64,000 nt of DNA from the NCBI GenBank assembly GCA_964477935.1, contig CAYZFX010000005.1, positions 31,384-95,383 of the forward strand. The letters are read 5' to 3'. Below the pieces are notes generated by a model that was not told the DNA's origin, did no database searches, and was given only the letters and a program-made list of their open reading frames with translations. The position numbers and the translations under genes are program-made. Below, one piece after another: positions 33,851 to 41,860 of this stretch (its first letter is position 1; each line of letters begins with the position of its first letter). This DNA comes from an uncultured Syntrophorhabdus sp. (GTDB taxonomy: Bacteria; Desulfobacterota; BSN033; UBA1163).

Positions 33851-34057
33851 ATGGATTTCTCCTCGGTTCCGGTTTCTGATGGGTGCGTATCCTCTTTGAA
33901 GTTTAATCCGCCTTTGAAATCGAACTTTAGCTGTTCCGAATACTTATCAAGAAGCATATCAAGGGCCTCCCTCACATAGACCGCCTGGGGTACCTTTGTT
34001 TTGTCGGATAGTCTCTTAAGGGCCTCCACCTGATCGCTGTTGATGAAGATCGTTCTT
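33847..34057 (-). CDS. Ribbon-helix-helix (CopG/ParG-like) DNA-binding protein; first gene of the operon
   Basis: About 70 aa from a TTG start 5 nt after an AAGGAGG Shine-Dalgarno, (M)SPRKVARTIFINSDQVEALKRLSDKTKVPQAVYVREALDMLLDKY…. The upstream part of the listed ORF lies in AT-rich DNA and is unlikely to be coding. Confidence 0.5.
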
Positions 34058-34393
34058 GCAACCTTTCTCGGAGACAACGAAACCTCCTTGAATAGTTTTA
34101 AATACAATATAATATATATAATAGATATATTGTCAAGCACCAATTTGAATCAATCCCAAACCCCCGCAGAAGTCATAAAGCCAAAACGGGTAGGGCCAAT
34201 TTCACTATCCTTTCGAGAAACGAACAGAGAAGAATGACGGCGATGAAACATGGCGATCTGGCATCTCATCTGCTCCGTTTATTTCCTTAAAGAAGGAGTG
34301 AGCCCTCGACGGGATTATGATCGTTACGGTCATAACATGATCTTTCAGAACGATACTCCTTTGGTAAAGATTTCTTTGAGGACCTTTAGTCAT

Positions 34394-34579
34394 CCCTCAG
34401 TCAAGGGAACAAAAAAGGTTGGGAGGTTCTGAGGAGAAACCTTTACTCATTTAACGACGGATGCTCGCTTCAAAAGAAGACCATTCAAAAGGCAGGAAGA
34501 CCCATGGGGGTCACTTCAATGTCCGCCAATCAGGGTTTTGGAGGGGGAATCTTCCAACCCTTTTGAACCCATGTGACCT
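34394..34579 (+). repeat. Conserved ~190-nt structured leader element, copy A, about 110 nt upstream of ino1, with an embedded 15-codon uORF (34519-34566)
   Basis: About 85% identical to 38835-39023. The 5' GGTTGGGAGGTTC is complementary to the 3' GAATCTTCCAACC over 13 bp including 2 G-U pairs. The uORF encodes MSANQGFGGGIFQPF*. Confidence 0.6.
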
Positions 34580-34691
34580 CTGTAACGGAGGGGTTACGAC
34601 CTTTATCCAATTTCCTTGACAATCAAAAGGAAATGAGATAGTTAGTTTATTTGTAAAAAAGAGGGATGTTCTTCAGAAAGGTTGATCATCT

Positions 34692-35804
34692 ATGAAAAAG
34701 AATTCGATCCGGATAGCCATCGTAGGCGTTGGAAACTGTGCCAGTGCTCTTATTCAAGGGATTGAATTCTACAGGGATCTTTCTCGAAAGAATCCAAAAT
34801 TTGAGCCGCTGGGTTTGATGCACTTAGACCTCGGAGGATATAAACCCTGGGATATTGAAGTCGGTGCGGCCTTCGATGTTGATCGAAGGAAAGTGGGGAA
34901 ACCCCTGAGAGAGGCCATCTTCGCCAAGCCCAATTGCACGCGTATCTTCTTCTCTCAGTTCAACGATTCCGGCGTCACGGTCTCCATGGGCGAACCGCTC
35001 GATGGCATTTCAGAACATATGAAGGACTATCCCGAAGACCGAACATTCCTGCTGGCGAACGAGAAGCCCTGTAATGTGGAGAAGGTCCTGAAGGAGTCAG
35101 GGGTGGAGATCCTCCTCAATTACCTTCCGGTCGGTTCGGATCAGGCTACTCAGTTCTATGCGGAGGCCTGTCTCAATACAGGGGTGAGTTTCATCAACTG
35201 CATGCCCAGTTTCATCGTCTCGGATCCCAATTGGGCGAAACGGTTCGAGGAGAAGGGGATCCCGGCCGTGGGTGACGATGTGAAATCCCAGATGGGGGCG
35301 ACCATCATCCATCGGGCCCTGGCCAAACTCTTCGAGGACCGGGGGGTGAAACTCGACCGGACCTACCAGATCAATACCGGTGGAAATACCGATTTTCTCA
35401 ACATGCTCAACCGGAGCCGGCTGAAGAACAAGCGGATTTCTAAAACCGAAGCCATCCAGTCCCAGCTCGGATATCCTCTCGAACCTGAGAACATCCACAT
35501 CGGCCCTTCTGACTACGTCCCCTGGCAGAACGACAACAAGGTCTGCTTTCTCCGGATGGAAGGAAGAGGGTTCGGAGAGGTTCCCTTGAATCTCGAATTG
35601 AGGCTCTCTGTCGAAGACTCCCCGAACAGCGGTGGGATCACCATCGACGCCATCCGGTGCTGTAAGATCGCACGCAACCGAGGGATCGGCGGCCCTTTGA
35701 TCTCCATCTCTGCCTATGCGATGAAACACCCTCCCCTCCAGTTTCCCGACCATGAGGCCAAGGTCATGGTCGAGGAGTTCATTGCTGGCCAGAGGGAGAG
35801 GTAA
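34692..35804 (+). CDS. ino1: myo-Inositol-1-phosphate synthase (archaeal/bacterial short type)
   Basis: 370 aa with an N-terminal Rossmann segment IRIAIVGVGNCASALIQG and MIPS motifs including …YQINTGGNTDFLNMLN…. Confidence 0.85.
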   Translation: MKKNSIRIAIVGVGNCASALIQGIEFYRDLSRKNPKFEPLGLMHLDLGGYKPWDIEVGAAFDVDRRKVGKPLREAIFAKPNCTRIFFSQFNDSGVTVSMGEPLDGISEHMKDYPEDRTFLLANEKPCNVEKVLKESGVEILLNYLPVGSDQATQFYAEACLNTGVSFINCMPSFIVSDPNWAKRFEEKGIPAVGDDVKSQMGATIIHRALAKLFEDRGVKLDRTYQINTGGNTDFLNMLNRSRLKNKRISKTEAIQSQLGYPLEPENIHIGPSDYVPWQNDNKVCFLRMEGRGFGEVPLNLELRLSVEDSPNSGGITIDAIRCCKIARNRGIGGPLISISAYAMKHPPLQFPDHEAKVMVEEFIAGQRER

Positions 35805-36806
35805 TCCTTTGATCTTTTTGAAATGTTCCACAAACTTTCTTAAATCCTTTCCCAATCGCTCGTAGAGCTCTTCGAAGTGGTGGAGGTGGCCGAGGTATCG
35901 TCGGTGGGCAAGTATCACCGCGTTGTTAAGCACCTTCTTTTCAAACCCCTTATAACATTCCGTTCTGAACTCCCCCTGCATTTTGAGGAACTCTTCTCGG
36001 AGCGACTCGAAGAGTCTCTCACGGCCTTTCAGTTTCTCCTCCCTCGACAAGGGCTGAGCATAGAATTCAGATAGCTGCCGATACGCCCCCTCGATCCAAT
36101 TGGCAAAGCGCAGGTCATCTTCCTGCAAATGGATGGCCAGGCTGACCTCCTTCGAATTCGGACCATATTTCTCACGCAGAAATTCAATGGCCCCCTTGTT
36201 GCCGATGAAGGTGGCCAACTGTTCATTCAGTTCGGTCTCTCCTTTGAAATGGATCGTGGCATGGACCATCTCGTGGAGGATGATGTTGACCAGGGCGGGC
36301 TCCTCCCAGAGGAGCATCGTCGAGAAGATAGGATCCGTCAGCCATCCGAGGGTGCTATAGGCGGCCGCCATCTGAAGGTAGGTGTCGAACCCCTGTCGCT
36401 CCATCTTTCTCTTCTCTTTTAGAGCGGCCTTCAGGGTGAAGAGGCTTTTGTAAGTCACCCTTCCAATGACGGGAAATTTCCACGAATAGGCCTGGAGACG
36501 GTCTTTTTCGCTGGCCGTCAGGAGGTATAGGGTGAGGCCTTTTGCCTCGAAAAATTTGGTATAGTTCTTCGTCTCCTTTAAGCCCAACCTCTTTTCCCCG
36601 TAGTCCTTCACCTCTAAGATGAGCCGGATCTTCTTCGCGGCCTCCTCCCCAAGCACTTCTTCGAGCAGGACCTCTTCGACCGGAACGCTCCGAAAGGTGA
36701 CGAAGGACTGATGCCATCCTAAGTGGGAAAGGTAGAGAAGGTTTCCACAACCCGTGAGGAGGGAGAGGAAAGAGAAAAGGAATAAGAGCCTCAGCCTAAG
36801 AATCAT
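35097..36806 (-). CDS. Putative zinc aminopeptidase lipoprotein (HExxH; COG4324-like). The 3' end is doubtful because the ORF lacks a stop until 35097.
   Basis: N-terminal lipoprotein signal …LLTGCGN, then an HEMVH zinc motif followed by a conserved E (…NEQLAT…). Recognisable protein-like sequence ends near 35820 (…FVEHFKKIKG). The remaining ~230 codons run antisense through ino1 and look like a translated-antisense artefact. Confidence 0.5.
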   Translation of the reverse strand: MILRLRLLFLFSFLSLLTGCGNLLYLSHLGWHQSFVTFRSVPVEEVLLEEVLGEEAAKKIRLILEVKDYGEKRLGLKETKNYTKFFEAKGLTLYLLTASEKDRLQAYSWKFPVIGRVTYKSLFTLKAALKEKRKMERQGFDTYLQMAAAYSTLGWLTDPIFSTMLLWEEPALVNIILHEMVHATIHFKGETELNEQLATFIGNKGAIEFLREKYGPNSKEVSLAIHLQEDDLRFANWIEGAYRQLSEFYAQPLSREEKLKGRERLFESLREEFLKMQGEFRTECYKGFEKKVLNNAVILAHRRYLGHLHHFEELYERLGKDLRKFVEHFKKIKGLPLPLASNELLDHDLGLMVGKLEGRVFHRIGRDGDQRAADPSVACDLTAPDGVDGDPTAVRGVFDREPQFEIQGNLSEPSSFHPEKADLVVVLPGDVVRRADVDVLRFERISELGLDGFGFRNPLVLQPAPVEHVEKIGISTGIDLVGPVEFHPPVLEEFGQGPMDDGRPHLGFHIVTHGRDPLLLEPFRPIGIRDDETGHAVDETHPCIETGLRIELSSLIRTDRKVIEEDLHP

Positions 36807-38755
36807 TCCCTTCTTAATTTCTGAGAGACAAGAGCGATCACCATCAACCCCAGCCCGATAAAATCGTACTGGGCCACAGGGTAGAAGAGGAGGAGACCTC
36901 CGATGATCAATAAAATCCGCTCATAGATCAAGGCCTTCTTGAAGAACCAGTTTTCCACTCCCCCGGCGAGGGCAGCCACCCCCAGGAAGGCGGTCACTGT
37001 GGTCCAGATCACATCGGTGAAGGCCCCCCGGAGAAGGATCCCCACCCCTTTGAGGTCGAGGGTGAACATGAAGGGAACGATGAAGGCTGGAAGGGTATAT
37101 TTCCAGGCGTACATCGTGGTCTTGTAAGGATTCCCTTTGGTTAAGGCGGCCGCGGCGAAACAGGAGAGGGCCGTGGGGGGGGAGACCTCTGAGAGGATGG
37201 CATAGTAGAAGACGAACATGTGGGCGGCAAAGTCTGGCACCCCCAGTTGAATCAGTGCCGGTGCGGCAATCACTGCAGCGATGATATAGGAGGCCGTGAC
37301 CGGGACGGCCAAGCCGATCACCCAGACGATGAGGGCGGTATAGATGGCTGTCAGGAGCAGACTGCCCCCTGCATATTCGATGATGATCGAGCTGAACTTG
37401 AGACCCAGTCCCGTCAGGGTGACCACGCCCACGATGATGCCTGCAGCCGCGCAGGTGGAGGCGACGCTCAAGACGCCGAGGGCTCCTCCACGCAGGGCCC
37501 TCACCAGTTTGGCGGGAGTCAGGGCAGTGTCTTTGCGAAGGAAGCTGACGACGAAGGCCACAACCGTGGCCCAGAAGACCGCCAGGATCGGGGTGAAGCC
37601 GAGAACCATGATCACCACAATGGCAATCAGAGAGACGAAGTGAAACCCGTAGAGATAGGTGAGCTGCCAGAGACTATAGGTCTTATCCACGGAGATCTCT
37701 TTGACCCCGAATTTCTTGGCGTCGATCTCCACCATCAGGAAGATCGACCAGTAGTAGAGGCAGGTCGGGATGCAGGCCATGATGATCACATCGAGGTAGG
37801 AGATCTTCAGGAACTCAGCGATGAGAAAGGCTGCGGCCCCGAGCACCGGCGGGGAGAGGATGGCGCCGATGCCTCCAGCAGAGAGCAGGCCTCCTGCTGC
37901 CTCCTTGCTGTATCCTGCCTTGGCCAGCATCGGATAGGCGACCGAGCCCAAAGTGACGGTGGTCGCCACCCCGCTCCCCGAAGGCCCTCCGAGAAGAAAG
38001 GAGGCCAGGGTGACGGTCCGTCCCGCGCCGGTCGGCTTCCCTCCCATGGCAGCAAAGGAGAAGTCGATGAAGAACTTTCCCGCCCCAGAGACCTCGAGGA
38101 AAGCGCCATAGATGGTAAAGAGGATGATGAAGGTCGAGGAGACATCGATCGGAACGCCGAAGATCCCTTCGAGGGTCATATACATATGGCCAACCAGCCG
38201 GCCGAGGTCATACCCCCGATGGGTCCAGGGTTTGGGAAGCTCCGGCCCGACGAAGGCATAGACGATGAAGGCGATCACGATCACAGGCATGATCCAGCCT
38301 GTGGTCCGCCGGGTGGCCTCGAGCACCAGAAGGATCAAGAGGGTTCCAAAAACGATATCCCAGAAGTTGGGCACAACTGAGCGGTAGATAAATTCGTCGA
38401 AATCGATAAACATGTAGGCGATGACGGCGACGCCCAGAAGGGCGAGGAGATAATCATACCAGAGGATCCGGTTCTTGAACCGCTTGAACGAGGGAAAGAC
38501 CAGAAAGGAGAGGAAGAGGACAAACATGACGTGAATGCCCCTGAGGACCTGGGTCATGATCACGCCGATAGCGGCATAGAGGTGAACGAGCGACATCACT
38601 ACCGCCACGACGGTGATAAAGAGATCGATCTTTCCCGAGAGCCTCCGGGAGGGTCCCTCTTCCTCCTCGATATACTTTTCGGCCTCCTTGAGGGCCTCTT
38701 CGGTAATGACGGCTTCTTCCATCTTTTTTCGATCATCAGTTTTCATATCGTTCAC
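36803..38755 (-). CDS. TRAP transporter fused DctQ/DctM-type permease (4TM+12TM)
   Basis: 650 aa, highly hydrophobic, matching the TIGR02123-like fused permease that pairs with TAXI receptors. Confidence 0.85.
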   Translation of the reverse strand: MNDMKTDDRKKMEEAVITEEALKEAEKYIEEEEGPSRRLSGKIDLFITVVAVVMSLVHLYAAIGVIMTQVLRGIHVMFVLFLSFLVFPSFKRFKNRILWYDYLLALLGVAVIAYMFIDFDEFIYRSVVPNFWDIVFGTLLILLVLEATRRTTGWIMPVIVIAFIVYAFVGPELPKPWTHRGYDLGRLVGHMYMTLEGIFGVPIDVSSTFIILFTIYGAFLEVSGAGKFFIDFSFAAMGGKPTGAGRTVTLASFLLGGPSGSGVATTVTLGSVAYPMLAKAGYSKEAAGGLLSAGGIGAILSPPVLGAAAFLIAEFLKISYLDVIIMACIPTCLYYWSIFLMVEIDAKKFGVKEISVDKTYSLWQLTYLYGFHFVSLIAIVVIMVLGFTPILAVFWATVVAFVVSFLRKDTALTPAKLVRALRGGALGVLSVASTCAAAGIIVGVVTLTGLGLKFSSIIIEYAGGSLLLTAIYTALIVWVIGLAVPVTASYIIAAVIAAPALIQLGVPDFAAHMFVFYYAILSEVSPPTALSCFAAAALTKGNPYKTTMYAWKYTLPAFIVPFMFTLDLKGVGILLRGAFTDVIWTTVTAFLGVAALAGGVENWFFKKALIYERILLIIGGLLLFYPVAQYDFIGLGLMVIALVSQKLRRE

Positions 38756-38834
38756 CTCTCCCGTTCAAAAACACTTCATTCATAATAAAAATGGCTTTTT
38801 ATTGTCAAGAAAAAAGGGACCAAGAGGGTAATTC

Positions 38835-39023
38835 CCTCAGTCAAGGGAAGAAAAAGGGTTGGGAGGTTCTTCCGGAAAAACCTTGATTCATTGAAAGATG
38901 GAGGCTCGCCTCAAAAGAACCCCATTCAAAAGGCAGGAAGACCCATTGGGGTCACTTCAATGTCCGCCCTTCAACAAGGTTTTGGAGGGGGAATCTTCCA
39001 ACCCTTTTGAACCCATGTGACCC
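38835..39023 (+). repeat. Conserved ~190-nt structured leader element, copy B, about 50 nt upstream of the DUF362/LarA-like gene, with a 16-codon uORF (38960-39010)
   Basis: Paralogous to 34394-34579. The uORF encodes MSALQQGFGGGIFQPF*, carrying one extra in-frame codon relative to copy A. Confidence 0.6.
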
Positions 39024-39071
39024 CGTAATTGAAAGATTACCCAAGAGGATCCGGTTGACACCTTTCGGCCC

Positions 39072-40379
39072 ATGGAGAATAATAGGTCCATGAACCTTCC
39101 TCGGATGTACCGTATCGCCCAAGCCTTCAACCGGACCTCCGTGGAGGATATCGAAGAAACGATCCGGGAGGAACTGGTCAAATTAAAATTAAGGGAAAAA
39201 CTCAGACCCGGCCATCGGGTGGCTATTACGGCGGGAAGCCGCGGGATCTCTCAGATCCCCCTTATTCTCAAAACCCTTGTCAATCATCTCCGTCATCTCG
39301 GCGGCCGCCCCTTCCTCTTTCCGGCCATGGGCTCTCACGGAGGGGCGACGGCCGAAGGCCAGGTGGCCCTTCTCCGGCATTATGGGATCACCGAAGAGAT
39401 AATCGGTGCCCCCATCTTCTCTTCCATGGAGGTCATCGAATTGGGGAAGACGGAATCGGGGATCCCGGTCTATATGGATAGGCATGCCTTTGAAGCCGAC
39501 CATATCGTCGTGGTCAACCGCATCAAACCCCATACCAAGTTCAAGGGGCCCGTCGAGAGTGGGTTGATGAAGATGATGGCCATCGGGATGGGAAACCAGA
39601 AGGGAGCGGAAGTAACCCACCGGGCTGCCATCGATTACGGTTTCCCTAAGATCATCGAAGAGGTTGCCACCGTGGTGATGCGCCGAACCTCCATCCTCTT
39701 CGGGCTGGGAATCATCGAAAATGGATATGATGAGACAGCCCGATTGGTCGCTCTCCTGCCCGAAGAGATCAGGAGCCGGGAGCCCGACCTCTTATCTCAA
39801 GCCAAAGCATGGATGCCAAAACTCCCGTTTCATCAGATCGATCTTCTGATTGTGGACGAGATGGGAAAGGACGTGAGCGGCGTCGGTATGGACCCCAACG
39901 TCACCGGTCGGAATCGGGATATCCTCGGAACCTTTCCCCATCCCACCATGGTGAAGCGACTCTTCGTCAGGGATCTGACTCCCGCCTCCCATGGCAATGC
40001 CATCGGCATCGGACTGGCGGATCTCACCACGAAAAGGCTGGTGGAAAAGATCGATCCTCGCGCCACCTACACGAACTGCATCACCGCCATCAGCCTCGAA
40101 AAGGCCTCCATCCCGATGACCTTTGAAACCGACCAGGAAGCCATCGCGATCGCCTTAGGTTCGATCGGTCTCATCCCGGCACACCGAGCCCGGATCGTGC
40201 GCATCAAGAACACTCTCCAGCTGGATGAAGTGGAGGTATCGGAGGTTTACAGGGATGAATTTCTCGAGAGGTCCGATCTGAAGATCATAGAGGGTCCTTA
40301 TCCGATGAGGTTCGATCCTCAGGGAAACCTTCTTCCCTTACAGATTCCGGAGAGGAGAAAAAAGGACCTCGTCGATTGA
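39072..40379 (+). CDS. LarA-like / DUF362-like domain protein (function unknown)
   Basis: 435 aa with the segment …HIVVVNRIKPHTKFKGPVESGLMKMMAIGMGNQKGA…, which resembles the KxH…G…K motif region of the DUF362 and lactate-racemase-like folds. The family assignment is tentative. Confidence 0.45.
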   Translation: MENNRSMNLPRMYRIAQAFNRTSVEDIEETIREELVKLKLREKLRPGHRVAITAGSRGISQIPLILKTLVNHLRHLGGRPFLFPAMGSHGGATAEGQVALLRHYGITEEIIGAPIFSSMEVIELGKTESGIPVYMDRHAFEADHIVVVNRIKPHTKFKGPVESGLMKMMAIGMGNQKGAEVTHRAAIDYGFPKIIEEVATVVMRRTSILFGLGIIENGYDETARLVALLPEEIRSREPDLLSQAKAWMPKLPFHQIDLLIVDEMGKDVSGVGMDPNVTGRNRDILGTFPHPTMVKRLFVRDLTPASHGNAIGIGLADLTTKRLVEKIDPRATYTNCITAISLEKASIPMTFETDQEAIAIALGSIGLIPAHRARIVRIKNTLQLDEVEVSEVYRDEFLERSDLKIIEGPYPMRFDPQGNLLPLQIPERRKKDLVD

Positions 40380-40844
40380 TTTCAAGAGATAAGAGCCCAA
40401 CGACATCGTGGTGATCCTCAACCGAATGCGATCGCCTATCTCTCCCAGATCGCCGAAATCGATCCGTCTCCCCTTGACGATGAAGGCCTGGCCCCCTCCG
40501 AACGTCCTTTTCAGGTCGATCACATCCAATCTCCTCTGGAGGGGATGGAATTCTTCCGTTGCCTCAAATCCATAATACTCCATCACGCCAGGGCTTTTGG
40601 TCTCCACCCCTTCAAGGAGGAAGGACCCTTCTCCGATCCGGAAGGCCTCGCTCACAGGCGCGCTATAGAGGGAATGGAGATAACGGAGGGTCAAGAGGTC
40701 GCCGGGTTGGACCCTGATGCTCAGCGTTTTTGATTGGTCCAGATTTTCCAGGTGAAGAACGGTAACTTCTTTTAAAATCAAAACCCCTCCCGCCAAGGAT
40801 AAAAACCCGATCAAGGTCAGGAGGGGCCAACGTTTGGACTTCAA
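40338..40844 (-). CDS. DUF1850 domain protein (TAXI-TRAP associated)
   Basis: 168 aa with an N-terminal TM segment, located immediately downstream of the TAXI receptor gene as is typical for DUF1850. Confidence 0.65.
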   Translation of the reverse strand: MKSKRWPLLTLIGFLSLAGGVLILKEVTVLHLENLDQSKTLSIRVQPGDLLTLRYLHSLYSAPVSEAFRIGEGSFLLEGVETKSPGVMEYYGFEATEEFHPLQRRLDVIDLKRTFGGGQAFIVKGRRIDFGDLGEIGDRIRLRITTMSLGSYLLKSIDEVLFSPLRNL

Positions 40845-41807
40845 TTACCTGATCTTCAGCCCTTTCTCCGTATAGAACCGAATGGCGCCGGGATGGAAGG
40901 GAATCGGAGAACCACCTGCACCCTGAGGTTCGAGGGCAAGCCAAGCCGCATCCTTGTGTACGGCCACCAGCTCCGATTTGCGGTCAAACATCGTCCTCAC
41001 GATGTCGTAGGCCACGTCGCCTTTCATATTCTCATGGCAGACGACGAGGTTCCAGACGACAGTGATGGGGACGTCGACGTCCTGGCCTGGATAAGATTTG
41101 GCCGGAATGGTTCCCTTGACGTAAAGAGGCCCGTACTTCTCTCTCATCTTGGGCAGGGCCTCATCGTGGCCGATCAGTTTGATCTTGAGACCGGGTGTTG
41201 CTGCGACATCTGTCACAGAGGCGGTCGGGACCCCCCCTACCCAGAAGTAGGCGTCGATCTTGCGGTCCTTTAATGCCCCCGCGGACTCCGAAGCGCCTAA
41301 TTTATCTCTCTTCAGATCCTTATCCGGATCGATCCCAAAGGCCTCGAGCACTCGCAGGGCCATCACCTCGGTTCCGCTCCCAGGCGCACCGGTGGATACC
41401 CTTTTCCCTTTCAGGTCGGTCACCTTTTCAATTCCCCTTCCCTCCACGGTGACGATATGCATGTTATTGGGATAGAAGGCGAAGAGGGTGCGGAGGGGAA
41501 CCTTCTCCTTGAAGACCCCCTTCCCTTGAAAGGCATCCCATGCGGTATCGGCCATCGTGAAAGCCAGATCGGCCTTTCCTGCCCCGATCAATCGACAGTT
41601 ATCCACCGAGGCCGTGGTCACCTCTGCGGTGGCCTCCGCATAGGGGATATATTTGGAGATGACGCTGGCCATACCCCCTCCCAAAGGATAATAGACTCCT
41701 CCGGTCCCTCCTGTAGCGATGGAGAGGCGAACCGCCTTCTGAGCCCATACGGTGGAGACCGCGAAGACGATCAGGAAAAGCATTCCGAATAAGACGAACC
41801 GTTTCAT
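40845..41807 (-). CDS. TRAP transporter solute receptor, TAXI family
   Basis: 320 aa with a signal peptide and the TAXI motif …RLSIATGGTGGVYYPLGGGMA…. Confidence 0.85.
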   Translation of the reverse strand: MKRFVLFGMLFLIVFAVSTVWAQKAVRLSIATGGTGGVYYPLGGGMASVISKYIPYAEATAEVTTASVDNCRLIGAGKADLAFTMADTAWDAFQGKGVFKEKVPLRTLFAFYPNNMHIVTVEGRGIEKVTDLKGKRVSTGAPGSGTEVMALRVLEAFGIDPDKDLKRDKLGASESAGALKDRKIDAYFWVGGVPTASVTDVAATPGLKIKLIGHDEALPKMREKYGPLYVKGTIPAKSYPGQDVDVPITVVWNLVVCHENMKGDVAYDIVRTMFDRKSELVAVHKDAAWLALEPQGAGGSPIPFHPGAIRFYTEKGLKIR

Positions 41808-41860
41808 ATGCCTCCTCCTTTTGGAGTTTTTCCTTCAATATATCAGGTCTGTCTGAAATG

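Noticed and set aside
34040-34432. Three 60-65-aa ORFs in the AT-rich region upstream of ino1
   Set aside because: They lie in AT-rich DNA and the leader repeat, have no ribosome-binding sites and are mutually overlapping. The conserved 15-16-codon uORF inside the leader is a better-supported small coding candidate.
37220-38380. 386-aa plus-strand ORF inside the TRAP permease gene
   Set aside because: It is antisense to a convincingly hydrophobic permease. The translation is extremely Asp/Gly/His/Arg-rich (DDEGGIDG…) and non-protein-like.
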